From Octopus sinensis (lineage: Eukaryota): a DNA stretch of 64,000 nt. The translations under genes were made by a program, and so were the position numbers. The stretch lies in NCBI RefSeq assembly GCF_006345805.1, contig NC_042997.1:182776001-182840000 (forward strand), in the 5' to 3' direction. Within the stretch, counting starts at the first letter, position 1, and every line of letters begins with the position of its first letter. The notes under the pieces were generated by a model. That model saw only the letters and a program-made list of their open reading frames with translations. It was not told where the DNA came from and ran no database searches. Positions 25,991 through 39,103 of the stretch are shown piece after piece.

Positions 25991-26727
25991 ATACAAGTGC
26001 CGTTATATGAAGCAAAAGTACAAAATACAAAAAGCGTATTTTAACACATTAGTTCGCAATTTTAACATAAGATATTTAGTTGGTCGAAGGCAGAGAAGCA
26101 GTGCTTTTCGCAGGCCATCCCAGAATGGTGAGATTGATGCCGGTATGTGACATATGTTCAGAGGTTTTACAAAAAGCATAGTTATACAGTCGACCGCAGT
26201 TTAGAAGTGTGGTCCTGTTTACCATACATATAATTAAACATATAGCAGGCTCTACATATTTTTAACACAATGTTATGCCAAGCTATTCTTTTACCACAAA
26301 ATAAACAAAAACACACAAAAGGTCCTATTTATTATTGTTCTCTTGGCCATACGAGAGAAGTTAAAGACCAGCCGTCCAAGGAAACTCCTGTAGGCAGATG
26401 ACCCAATTCTCATAGCTGAATCTGTTGCAGATTTAAAGACGACATAATAAGGGCTGAATATAAAATAATATAGCAAAGTTCAATTTTCTCACAGGTCAAC
26501 CCCAGGCTAGACATCACAACTATCATCATCATCATCATCGTCATCGTCATCGTCGTCGTCGTCGTCGTCGTCGACATTGTTATCATCGTCGTCATCACGG
26601 TCGTCGTCCCCTTTCGTAGATGGCTCGGAGACCCACATCTCGCTTGTAAGTTACATTTTTGGTTCGCTTTCTACAGCCGGATGCCATTCATAACACCAAT
26701 CACTTTACAGAAAGTACTGGGTGTAAA

Positions 26728-27694
26728 GGCGGCGAGCTGGCAGAAACGTTAGCACGCCGGGCGAAATACTTAGCGGTATTTCGTCTGCCGCTACGTTCTG
26801 AGTTCAAATTCCGCCGAGGTCGACTTTGCCTTTCATCCTTTCGGGGTCGATTAAATAAGTACCAGTTACGCACTGGGGTCGATATAATCGACTTAATCCG
26901 TTTGCCTGTCCTTGTTTGTCCTCTCTGTGTTTAGCCCCTTGTGGGTAGTAAAGAAATAGGTACTTCGTCTGCCGCTACGTTCTGAGTTCAAATTCCGCCG
27001 AGGTCGACTTTGCCTTTCATCCTTTCGGGGTCGATTAAATAAGTACCAGTTACGCACTGGGGTCGATATAATCGACTTAATCCGTTTGCCTGTCCTTGTT
27101 TGTCCTCTTTGTGTTTAGCCCCTCGTGGGTAGTAAAGAAATAGGTACTTCGTCTGCCGCTACGTTCTGAGTTCAAATTCCGCCGAGGTCGACTTTGCCTT
27201 TCATCCTTTCGGGGTCGATTAAATAAGTACCAGTTACGCACTGGGGTCGATATAATCGACTTAATCCGTTTGCCTGTCCTTGTTTGTCCTCTCTGTGTTT
27301 GGCCCCTTGTGGGTAGAAAAGAAATAGGTATTTCGTCTGCTGTTACGTTCTGTGTTCAAATGCCGCTAAGGTCGACTTTGCCTTTCATCCTTTCGGGGTC
27401 GATTAAATTAGTACCAATTACACACTGGAGTCGATATAATCGATTTAATCCGTTTGTCTGTCTTTGTTTGTCCTCTCTGTGTTTGGCCCCTTGTGGGTAG
27501 TAAATAAATAGGTATTCCGTCTGCCGTTACGTTCTGAGTTCAAATTCCGCCGAGGTCGACTTTGCCTTTCATCCTTTCGGGGTCGATTAAATAAGTACCA
27601 GTTACGCACTGGGGTCGATGTAAACGACTTATTCCCTTTGTGTGTCCTTGTTTGTTCCCTCTATGTTTAGCCCTTTGTGGGCAATAAAGAAATA
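26728..27694 (+). mobile_element. SINE family B pentamer (one head + five 184-bp units) with 17-bp TSD
   Basis: Units at 26781, 26965, 27149, 27333, 27517; TSD agaaagtactgggtgta at 26709-26725 and 27695-27711. Confidence 0.92.
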
Positions 27695-28343
27695 AGAAAG
27701 TACTGGGTGTATTTTTAGTGCGCCAGTACTAGGGAGGTTACCACGTCACCCTTACATTTAACAGATTGTATTGAGTGCATTTTATTGTGACACTAAATAT
27801 TTGTAAGCAACATATGCTAATTATTCGCCTACAACTAAAGCCAACAGGAACTATACAAATTTTTAACACTCTTTCAGATTTAAAAAAAAATCTTACAAAG
27901 GAAAATTACAAATACAATAGGCAAAGTTTATCGTTATTTAAATAAATGCATTACAATATCTGATAATTTATAAAATATATTAAATCATACGACGTTAGTT
28001 CATTTTAATATTATAGTATCTAGGCTTAGACTAATTAACATTCGTACCATGCTCAGTTTAATTAGTTTTCGTCCACCCCTTTTATTTTTGTAACGGAGTA
28101 TGTTTATATACTTAAAATATGTACCCCTTCGTTTTGTTTTTCTGAAGTAATTTATATAATGAGAAATTCAGGAACTAACTTATTTCTTCAGATCATACAA
28201 CACATTAAACTAGGCTAATTCCTTGGCTTAAATGCTAACCAAAATACAGTAAACAATAGATAAATACACACACACACACATAAAGGTAATAATGTGAGTG
28301 TATGTATATATATATATATGTATGTATGTATGTATGTATATAT

Positions 28344-28375
<32 letters not shown>

Positions 28376-28383
28376 AATATATA

Positions 28384-28436
<53 letters not shown>

Positions 28437-28444
28437 ATATATAT

Positions 28445-28650
28445 ACAGTTAATCCAAACAAGAAAGCACAAAAAAAAACACAACAACGCGAGGACGTGGA
28501 ACAAATACAGTATTATTGGACGCTCAGGAAAGAAGGAAAGAAGGAGGGTTTAACGTTTCGAGCGGAGCTCTTCGTCGGAAACATAGAAGGAAAGATCCAG
28601 AGAAGGGAAGACAGAGGGGAAAAATCGCCAACAGTACACACGCGGTCACA
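28445..28650 (-). mobile_element. Short Penelope-like/retrozyme-like fragment in (TA)n carrying a minimal hammerhead
   Basis: Flanked by (TA)n; contains the motif at 28548-28582. Confidence 0.6.
28548..28582 (-). ncRNA. Minimal hammerhead-like ribozyme variant
   Basis: GUUU-CCGACGA-A-GAGC-UCC-GCUC-GAAAC-GUU-AAAC; U4 replaced by C; no stem III loop (palindromic ACGU). Confidence 0.55.
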
Positions 28651-28912
28651 TATATATATACATATGAATGTGTGTATGCATTTATATATATATATATATG
28701 TATATGTATATATATATACATATATATATATGTATGTGTGTGTGTGTGTGTTTGCAAATAAAGGAATGATAAGGGAAGAGTTGATTACGTAATAGCAGTT
28801 CCCTTGTCATTCTTTTAATTTCATAGTATACTCTGCATTTGCCAAATACATTATCCGAAACATATATATTGAGTTCTAACAGCAGTGTGTGTGCGTGCGT
28901 GTGTGTACATAT

Positions 28913-29047
<135 letters not shown>

Positions 29048-29049
29048 TT

Positions 29050-29970
29050 CTGGGGTGTTTTATGATATTCGGTGTCCACATAACTGGTTTGACTTGGCAA
29101 TGGAGAATACAATACTTAGCAGATTATACCACAGAATAGCTACTTCAAAACACACGCCATCTCTGGCTGCTACATGATGTAGCCGCCATATTTCAACTTT
29201 GTTGTTTTCCCAAGTTTAAAATACATCGTTAACTTCTTCAATACTGTTATAATAATAATTGAGCTTAAGGTTCACTTCAAAGATATGGGGCGTCGTAGCG
29301 TCACCCTCGTTGGAAACACATCCAAAGATCATCACATTTTGGGGGAACTTGGTTTTCATGCGTGAGACATCACATGGTTTGTAGGCAAGCTACCTATTGT
29401 TCTGGGTGTTTTGCAACTGGTCCTGGCAGAATTTTTTTTTTATCTGAGAAGAACCAGCTCATTCCCAGCTCTACAGGAAACCTCAGCTTGTTCATGAGCT
29501 CCTTTGCCTTTGTCAAACGGTTCTTCTTGGTTTTGGCTGTCAGAATTTTTGTGAAAGCGCACGTACCCATTCATGGCTAGCTTCATGGTGGCGACTCCGA
29601 CACCCACCTCTCTCGCCAAAGCCCAGATTCCCTTGCTCGGGTCCACAGTTGTTGGATAAACTCCGGCATGCGGACGCAGTCAAAACGCCTGCTGCGTCAC
29701 TTCCTGCTGTTGTCCATGCCACGTCTCACAGTATTTGCTGTATTCACAGAGCAATGAGTAACAATTATGATAGCAATATTTTGATACCCGATGCGAATCA
29801 TCATAATATTGTTAACTCTTTTCCAATATTCAACTGGCTTCCAGTCTTCTATATCAGGTAACTTTTTCTCAACTACAAATGTAATCTTTATTTTCTCCAA
29901 TTCCGTCGACTGTTTCACCTGAAAACAAAAGGAGATTTTTTTAAATCGTCAAATTTAGTCCTAATACCAT
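29050..29970 (-). mobile_element. Degenerate Tc1/mariner (maT-like) transposon
   Basis: Minus-strand remnants FFSD..., KTKFPQNVMIFGCVSNEG, P.KGIWALAREVGVG (HTH). Confidence 0.65.
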
Positions 29971-29984
29971 ATAGATATACATAA

Positions 29985-30480
29985 ATGCATGCATACATAC
30001 ATACATACTTACATACATACATACATACAAACATACATACATACATACATACATACATACATACATACATACATACATACATGCATACATACATACATAC
30101 ATACGTACATACATACATACATACATACATACATACATACATACATACATACATACATACGTACGTACGTACTTACGTACATACATATTTGTATTTAGTT
30201 TTCTTCAATTTTCAATTCACTCTTTGTGTTCCATTTTTGTGGGAATTGTATCAGCTGCACAACTTGCACTATGATAAATTCAGTTCTGTCTATCATGTGT
30301 GTGGTGTGTATGTATGTATGTATGTATGTATGTATGTATGTATGTATGTATGTATGTATGTATGTATGTATGTATGTAGTATGTATGTATGTATGTATGT
30401 ATGAATGCATGCATGTATGCAGTCATGCATGTATGTATGAATATATTATGTATGTACGTACGTACATGCATATACACATT
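29985..30480. repeat. (TACA)n and (TGTA)n tracts in opposite orientation
   Basis: Direct reading. Confidence 0.9.
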
Positions 30481-30487
30481 TATGTAT

Positions 30488-30905
30488 AGGCATGGTTGTG
30501 TGGCTAAAAAACTTGTTCCCCAACCACTTAGTTTCTGGTTCAGTCCCACTGCGTAGCACCTTGGTTATAGGAAAAATAACTTCTACTATAACTTCGGGCT
30601 AACCAAAGCCTTTTGAGTCGGTTTGGCTGGCGGAAACTGAAAGAAACTCGAATACATATATTCTTTTGTTCTTTTATTTGTCTCAGTCATTTGACTGCAG
30701 CCATGCTGGAGCACCGCCTTTAGTCGAGCAAATTGACCCCAGGACTTATTCTTTGTAAGCCTAGTACTTATTCTATCGGTGTCTTTTGCCGAACCGCTAA
30801 GTTGCGGGGACGTAAACACACCAACATCAGTTGTCAAGCGATGGTGGGGGACAAACACTAGTACACACATACATACATACATACATACATACATACATAC
30901 ATACA

Positions 30906-30938
<33 letters not shown>

Positions 30939-31015
30939 GCATGCATATGTGTGTGTGTGTATATATACGATGGGCTTCTTTCAGTTTCTGTCAACCAAAT
31001 CCACTCACAAGGCTT
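30488..31015. mobile_element. Two SINE family A copies in opposite orientation
   Basis: Head on + at 30488-30652; tail and partial head on - at 30662-31012 with internal (TACA)n. Confidence 0.75.
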
Positions 31016-33269
31016 TTCCATTGCAGCCAAACATATAAAAACTAATTACCACCCCACTCAAACCTACATACCCAAAGATGATTTTAACTAAGCAGAGACT
31101 ATATAAAGGCAATACTAACTCTAATGCATCGCAACCCGACGATGGTTTAGCTGTCCGAAGCTTCGAAGTCACTGTCAGCAACATCCTTGTATAAGAATAA
31201 TAAATTTGTACTCTACAAAAATATTGAGTAACCCATCAGATGAATGTAAAATTGTTTTTTTATTATGACTGAACATATAAACGAACACACACACACACAC
31301 AAGACAGGTTTCGTCCATCTAGGTTTTCCTTACATTCCCCTTTCTTTTACGTTTTCCTATCTGACATTAACTTACAGATATTTAAGCTGCATATGAGTAG
31401 CATGAACCTTACTGCATTCAGATAGCTAGCAAAAATCATTAGCAAATCTCTTCCCCCGCTGATTAAGCTACTTAAAAAAATCTTACATGAACATTGTTAA
31501 GAGACCTTATTTATTTCTTACATGGGCGCTGAACATCTGAGTCATATGAGAGCGTTCAGATTATTAATATCAACACTTAGTGGACATCCAATTCCAGAAG
31601 CAGTAATAGAGTTTATCATGTGCCACACTGGCTTTGCAAATTGCAGTTTTATCATCTCGCGAAGCAGTTACTATTCACAGGGCGCTAAACCTGGTGGCTT
31701 GGGTACTGGTGTCATGATTGTAAGGTCTTATATTCAGTTCCGGACTGGAAAGTGCGTTGTGTCCCTGAGCAAGGCACATCATTTCTCTCAGCTGAAATGA
31801 GAACCTGCATGAGTTACAAGTTATCTTTGAAACGGACTGACGCCCCGTTTAGTAGACATTTCTAAGGTGAGGGCAACGACTGCCTGACGTTCGATTTCCG
31901 CTGCTGAAAGTCTACTGTGGTAGTGAGAGTTACCCAATAGATTCGTGTTGATGATTGTTCACAACCTATTAAAAGAGAGTAAGAGAATGAAGAGGTCGTT
32001 GTCGATGATGTTGTTCAACCACTGACCTGCTCTCATCAAGCAAACCTTTGATCAAGGCTTTCCAGTCACGGCAAACACAGCTTTATTTTAAGACATACTC
32101 TGTGTAGAACTGCATTATCCAGCTTGTCTATATTTTAATTTTTATAAAGGTTTAGGTATGATTTGATGGAGATTCAGTTTTTATTTCAAGAAAGTAAAGC
32201 GATTGCGTGGAATCTCCCTCGTAGGCTTGTCATCAGCACAGACTGAAAATTTTGTGGGTAAGGCGGCACCTTACACACATGTACACACACATGCACACAT
32301 ACACACACACACACATGCACACACACAAATGCACACACACATACACACACACACACACACACTCAAACCTGTGTGTGCATCTGTGTGTACATATATATTT
32401 CTACGTATTTATACATATATATGTACGTACGTACGTACATACATGCATGCATGCATACATACATACAAACATACATACATACATACATACATACATACAT
32501 ACATACATACATACATACATACATACATACATACATGCATATATGCATGCATGCATGCATACATACATACATACATACATACATACATACTACATACATA
32601 CATACATACATACATACATACATACATACATACATACACACACACATACACACATGATAGCTGCAAACTCTTGTTCGATTGTTGCAATCGTCTGATCGAA
32701 AGTCCCACACATACGAAGGCTACGACCGGTCATTTTTGAGATAGATCATACTTTTTTTTTTCAAGTGATACCTGTGCATGATGATTTTCTTATAGTGAGG
32801 GACAAGGATTTGCACGAATCCAATCCCACTCCCTGAACATAGACAACATAAACTCAAAAAGAAGAACTAGTCCACATCATCGAATATTGTCAGTGTTGTA
32901 GGTTTTCTCTCAGAGTTTCCCTCTCCTAGAGAGATGTGACAGCAAAGGGGCCTCCCATTCCCAGTGGGCTAACCGCTCGTCTGGACACCAACCTAGGTAT
33001 TTCCACGCGCCCGCGCATACGTACATGAATATATACACATGTACACATATTGTTTGATGGCCGTTGACTACTCGTGGGCTCTTCCGCCGTTTGACAGGTC
33101 TTATTTTTCGTCCTATAGGATGTCCAACAATCATATACATACATACATACATACATGCATACATACATACATACATACATACATACATACATACATACAT
33201 ACATACATACATACATACATACATACATACATACATACACATATACACACACACACACATATGTCCCTT

Positions 33270-33445
33270 ATCTCGCGGTTCCCAATCTGGAGTTTGCAGA
33301 CGGATGCTCAAAAATTGTTCTGGAGATCCGTGATCTGAATTCAAATTTTGTTGCGTAGACATGAACTTTCAAAAGCCTGCGATACGTGAGAAAATTCATT
33401 AAAATAAAATGGTCATCCGTTGCAGGAAACGTTGGAAACCATTGC
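33270..33445. mobile_element. Degenerate hAT-type MITE
   Basis: GCGGTTCCCAA / TTGGAAACCATTG termini. Confidence 0.4.
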
Positions 33446-33937
33446 CCTAAAGCGTAGTTTCTTTCGCTTATGCCAAATTGAGACATGTACTAGGCCTCTG
33501 ACAGAAAATTTACGAAGTAGAACAAGAACGGTTTCAGACCCTGCAGTGGGGATCTCTTCTCAAAACATAAGTGATTGCGAGATTTTTTTTTTCGTTTTAT
33601 GTTTAGAGAGCCTCATTAGATATATATCCATGGGTCCCTTCATGTGGCTCTCCTGGCTGTTTGTGCCCCGGAATGATGTATTGGCCGAACTTCTGTTATA
33701 GGCCCTGATTCGGTAAGTCAAGTACGAAACAACAAGGTAAGAACAACATTCAAACAAACAAACAAAAATTCGATCCACAGCACACTAAATTAAGACACTA
33801 AACATGTTACAGCATACTATCAGATATTTAGAAGTTTTATATATAAAAAAGATTTTTTTTAAGTACCAGAACTGCTTTAAAACAGATGGACGATCGCATT
33901 GCGCTTCGTCGCATAGAAATACACATACCAGGTGCAA

Positions 33938-33968
<31 letters not shown>

Positions 33969-34329
33969 GCACTCAAATTTTCTAAGCTCAGCATTTTTCG
34001 ATTCACTTAAAAAAGCTTCTACAAACCACACGCGACATCGTGTTTGAGAACATCTGTCCTGCAAAATTTAGAAATAAGCACTAATATTTAGGAATATTCA
34101 TAAATACCGAAAACTAGCCATAACAATAAGTGAGCTGTCACCAAATTCAAGGAAAGTTACAAAATATAAGTAGAAATTTTGTTAACTGTTAGCTCACATG
34201 ATGTCACTCTTTCATAATTCTTTATTCATTATAAAGTTACGTGTGTACGCAGGGGAATATGATCAAGGGAAGGAGAAGGAGTGTGTTTTGGAAGGTGTTG
34301 TCTATTTACTATGATTTCTTTCTTTTAAG

Positions 34330-34600
34330 CTAAAGAGCGTCGTCTGTTTACTAATATGATTTCATTATTTATGCTGAAAAGCGTCGTCTGTTTACTAATA
34401 TGTCATTTCACGTAAATTGTACCAACAACTCTCGCAAGAGGATTTGCTTCTCCCTTCATCACCACTCCTCTCCACTACCTGCCCATTATGTCGCAGAAGA
34501 ATTTCATTGGACCACATTGCCTACAGCAACGCCTTTCACGTGAGAGCACGTGAAACGGTAAGAGCTGAAAGTCGTGCTCATGATTGGATATATATTGGAT
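34330..34600 (+). promoter_or_regulatory. Putative promoter of the SLC7 gene (FOXO sites, twin E-boxes, CCAAT boxes)
   Basis: Duplicated AGCGTCGTCTGTTTACTAATATG; palindrome TTTCACGTGAGAGCACGTGAAA at 34534-34555; ATTGG x3; repeat-free region upstream of the ATG. Confidence 0.45.
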
Positions 34601-35199
34601 CTACAATAATGAAACGAACAAAAGAAAATAAGAGAAAAAGAATAAAGAGAAAGTGAATGAGAAACGGGGGCGAGAGAAGAATAAAATAGCTTTAATTGGG
34701 TGTTTGAGTTAAGCGGTTTGCAGTTTTATTTGTTCCTTGTTTTTCTTTAATCAGCTTTTGTTTTGTATTATTTTTCCAACAAAGCATTCAGATTGTAAAA
34801 GATATTTTTTATCAAATTCAACTGTCTGCCAATCTGTGTAAGATAAGTTTAAATTATTAGATTAGCCACAACTAAATATTGAACTTTTCTAATTATTCTG
34901 CTGTTGTATAATTCCTTAGTCTCTGATGTCTTTTCAGTATTAATTTGAATAACAAATATTTGTGAGTGTGAGTGCGTGCGTGTGTGTGGGTAGATGTCAC
35001 AATTGGAACACAAAACAGTTATGCATACAAACTCAAACTAATATAAAAACATATGCATCGATGTATCAATACAAAGCTATTATTCAGTCTTTAGTTACAT
35101 GCATATAAAATACGACAAATAACAGTAGAAATTAGATACTAATCTGTTGGCCTACACACAGTTCACAGTTTACGTCGTTCTGCGGGAGAATTCTCGATC

Positions 35200-35394
35200 A
35201 TGGTCGCTGATAGTAACAAAAAGTCTCCTCCAAGCAGGACATCCGATGACAGTTCACAAACAAGTGATAGTAGAGGTCCCGTGAAACTGCAAAAAAGGAT
35301 TGGGCTCTTTTCTAGCGTCGGTATAATCATTGGTACAATTATTGGATCAGGAATATTTGTCACGCCCCGAGGAGTCTACGAAGGAGCCGGGTCT
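35200..35394 (+). CDS. First coding exon of an SLC7/LAT-family (APC superfamily) amino-acid transporter light chain
   Basis: MVADSNKK...VKLQKRIGLFSSVGIIIGTIIGSGIFVTPRGVYEGAGS carries the TM1 GSGIF signature; 65 codons followed by a phase-0 GTAAGT donor at 35395. Confidence 0.92.
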
Positions 35395-35625
35395 GTAAGT
35401 ATTTCTTTCGTTTTTTGGTGCATTTCTTAAAAGTTGAAGTTATATATAATATTCCATTTCAGCTCGTTCCTTTCAGATTTATAATGTTTAAGGATGATTT
35501 ATTTTATAACATTTTTCTCTCTCTCTCTCTCTCCCCTCCTCTTCCTCCTGTCTGTCTTTCTCTCTTATTTGACATGACAGATCAGTAATGAAACCGAAAT
35601 TTCAAATCTCAACACACACACACAC

Positions 35626-35737
<112 letters not shown>

Positions 35738-36749
35738 ACTTTACAAATGTTCTCTTTGATGCAGTCGCACTAAGTATTCTATACTTGCATGTCTATCTCT
35801 GTGTGTGACACTGGCTTTTGCTATATATGAATCTGAATGTATAGCTACAAATAGATAAACGCACTCACACACACACACGCACACACACACACACAAACAA
35901 ACAAACAAACAAGCATACATACACTGCGTGCGTTAAAGTATTTCATTAAAAATACTTTATCCTCCGTTCTCACCTGCTTTGACAGATACCAATTAAATCC
36001 TCCCAACTTTACTTCCCAAGACTAACACTTATGTTATTTATTATAGTAATTCTTATCTGGCCTCTTATATTGATATAGATATCTTCACTCAAACTCATTT
36101 CTTTTTTTTTTTTTGTGTGTGTTGTTATCAATCTATAATTGTTAATACCTGTTCAGGTGTATATTACTTTTTATTAACAATTAACAAGCCAATGATTTTA
36201 TTTTGGTAAACTTAAGCTTAACCCTTGCGTTCTATTACCTAGGTCGACCCAAGGGTTGCTGGCAACCCGGGTAAGCTGAATTTTGACGCCCTTATAGTTG
36301 TTATTATTATTACTAAGACAAACACTTTTCTCTTTGGCCAATCCCTGATGAACTTCTTCAAGTTTCGCTTGAAAAGTAAAATATGGGAAGAGAGGGAAGT
36401 GCTGTCTTCTAATCAGTTTGCTGAAAGGTGGATGAAAGTGGCGAGAATGGTGCGAGTGAACGGGCCTGCACTGAGCATACGCCTGTAGTTGGAAAAAAAA
36501 AGGAAAGGAAAAAGGCACCTACCCCAAAAGTCAGGGTACCCATGGCTTTTTATGGGGTTTGTCCATGAGCAGTCCTCGAACGTCTCCTTTCTACTGAGGG
36601 TTACACATTGTTTTTTTTTTAATTTTGTTAGTTTTGTTTACAAGCAAAACCCAACAACACACATATACACATTATTTGTTTTGTCCTGTGCTATACTTAA
36701 TGTTTTTCTTATTATAAACCCTTGTGGTTAATAAAGAAATCATCATCAT

Positions 36750-36955
36750 TACTGAGTGACACTTGGGTGAAATATACGAAGTCCAGTATACTCATCATGA
36801 CTACTCGTCTGATAAGGGTACACCAGGCACATGCATCACAACCATATGTGTGCGATATGGTGATCTCATATCAAGATAAACAGCACATTACTTTGCAGGT
36901 GGGGCCCAGTTAGAGTTTTCTTCGGGTCGAGTAGCCCATTGCGCTCAAAAAGTCT
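36750..36955. mobile_element. Partial copy of the 10013-10516 repeat (opposite orientation)
   Basis: Reverse complement of about 10290-10490. Confidence 0.75.
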
Positions 36956-36989
36956 GTGAATAATAATCCTTTCTATTATTATTATTAAA

Positions 36990-38180
36990 GACGTCGCACA
37001 ATGTCCAATATCATGATTTTGTTGATTGAAGATATTGTGTGTATCGGGGGTTTGTACTGTCTGTCGAGTCGCAACAAGAATCTCAGACAGACAGTACACG
37101 TGCAGTTCCAAGTAATGCTGATTTTTACAATACACCTAGATTGTAGGCTATTTCTAAAGTTTCTAGATGTTTTTTCAGGTTGGGTGGTATTGGTCCCAAT
37201 GCTCCGATGACAATTGGGACAACCTTTATGTTTGACTCTCGTAGCTGCCATAATCTCTGCCTTTTGGGGGTTTCCTGGTATCTGAGATAGGTAGCAATCA
37301 GCCCCTTTTGCTATCATTCCTAGGGCCCCTATGACAACATGTATTGTTTTAGTCTTTAGTCTTCAGGTTCCACATTTTGCCAATTTCTATTTCAATATCT
37401 TAATACTTGCTCAGTTTTTGGTAGGTCTTGGCAAATACTTTTATATCGATTGGGACAGTCATATCAATGAGGAGGCATGATTTTGTCTGAAGTCTTTCAA
37501 TATAATGTCTGGTCTATTCGAATCCATCTTTCTGTCAGTTTGAATGGTGAAGTTCCAGAGGAGCGAGATGTGATCATTTTCAAGCACTGGAGGTGGTTTG
37601 TGTTCCCACTAGTTTTTATCATGGGGCAAGTCCAGGTTTTCGCAAATTACCCAGTGAATATATTGTGCAGCTCTATCATTCCTGTTGAGATACTCTGTAG
37701 GCGCAAGAAGACTGCACATGGAGACAACATGATCAATGGTTTCATTCTGTTGTTTACATACACGACATGTTGGGCTACTACCGTTCTTTAATAAGTTGGC
37801 CTGGTAGCTCCTTGTAGGTAAGCATTGATCTTGGGCTGCTATGATAAACCCTTCTGATTTTAAGCCAGAAGACACTAACCATTGATGGGCAAGGGCTTTG
37901 TCAACATCGGCATTATTAGGCTCTCTTTGGGTATTTGCCATTTAGAGGTTTTACTTGCTATTTATCAGTAGGAATATCTAAAGCAGTAGTTTTAGCACGG
38001 GTTTTCATACTCTTAGCTTCTCCTGTGCTTGATTCCAGTACGTCTAATTCTGGGATTTGTTGTATTTGGAATTCACTTAGATATTCCTTTGCCTGTCTTG
38101 TTACTGAGTATGATGCTTTAAGACAAGTTTTAACATACAGTCATCAGAGTTTTTCAGATAGGTGTTTAGCCCATTTATGT
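36990..38180 (-). mobile_element. R4/Dong LINE 3' part (second subfamily)
   Basis: SEGFIIAAQDQCLPTR..CRVCKQQNETIDHVVSMC..RNDRAAQYIHW; KLSKY; IVIGALG; (TAA)n flanks. Confidence 0.85.
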
Positions 38181-38421
38181 CTATTATTATTATTATTACT
38201 ATTATTATTTTTTTTTTTTCCTTCTTTCTTCAAATTTTCTTCCGTTTCTCGCCGAGTGCTTTCCGTACACCTAGGGTAGAGAAGCTCATTGTATGCATTC
38301 CCAGATTACACACGCAAATTCACAGGTTAAATATGTATTTAAAAAATTCATAAATAAATTCCTGAATGGATGTTGTTTTCACAGCGATAATGCCGTTCCA
38401 GTTAACATGATTTTTTTGCAC

Positions 38422-38474
<53 letters not shown>

Positions 38475-38477
<3 letters not shown>

Positions 38478-39030
38478 ACTCTTGATAGTTTCAGGTAGAA
38501 TTTTACTGCATCGCCTACTACACTCACTTCTGTGTTGCTAGGATGCATGCAGCATTGTGCGTTCTTTTTTGTTGTTGGTGGAATGCAAACTCTTCCCGGT
38601 ATTGCATTGCATCAGTTTGTATTCTTATAGGGTCCTTTTGTAGTCTTTTGCATAAGTGTTTGTATTGTGTGTGTAATGTGAGTTGTGTTTTTCTGTTGGG
38701 TATCCGGCCTGTAGAGTACCTGTTGTGGCGGTTGTTTATTTTGCTAGATATTTATTATATAGAGTGTGCCTTGTGTTTGTAGATTGTTTTGTTTGGGTTG
38801 TATTATTGAATTGATAGTGTCTTGCGTAGGATGTGGGCTGTTCCTAGCAGGGCTATTTTTTGGATAGTATATAGTGTTGAAGGTCCGGGTACACGTACGT
38901 TTTTGTCCACATATTTTTTTTTTATCATATCCAATGCTCCAGTTATTACTGGTGTTGTTTTCACCTTCACATCCCACATCTTGGACTCTTCAATTCCGAG
39001 GTCTTTGTACTTTGACAATTTCTCCACTTT
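38475..39030 (-). mobile_element. R4/Dong LINE 3' end with UTR (third subfamily)
   Basis: EKLSKYKDLGIE..MW.VK...PVITGALD...IQKIALLGTAHILRKTLSIQ; ends at (TAA)n. Confidence 0.85.
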
Positions 39031-39103
39031 TTATGGGGCAATATTTTGGTCATGTCATCATCATGTGAGGCAGCAAACTAACAGAATCGTTAATACGCCT
39101 TAA

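Noticed and set aside
26781-27694. CRISPR-like array
   Set aside because: Units are contiguous 184-bp SINE bodies with no unique spacers; eukaryotic context and no cas genes
34537-34552. ChoRE (Mondo/ChREBP element)
   Set aside because: The E-boxes are 4 nt apart, not the 5 nt of a canonical ChoRE
36218-36731. piggyBac-like element bounded by TTAA
   Set aside because: The right end does not form a TIR with TTAACCCTTG
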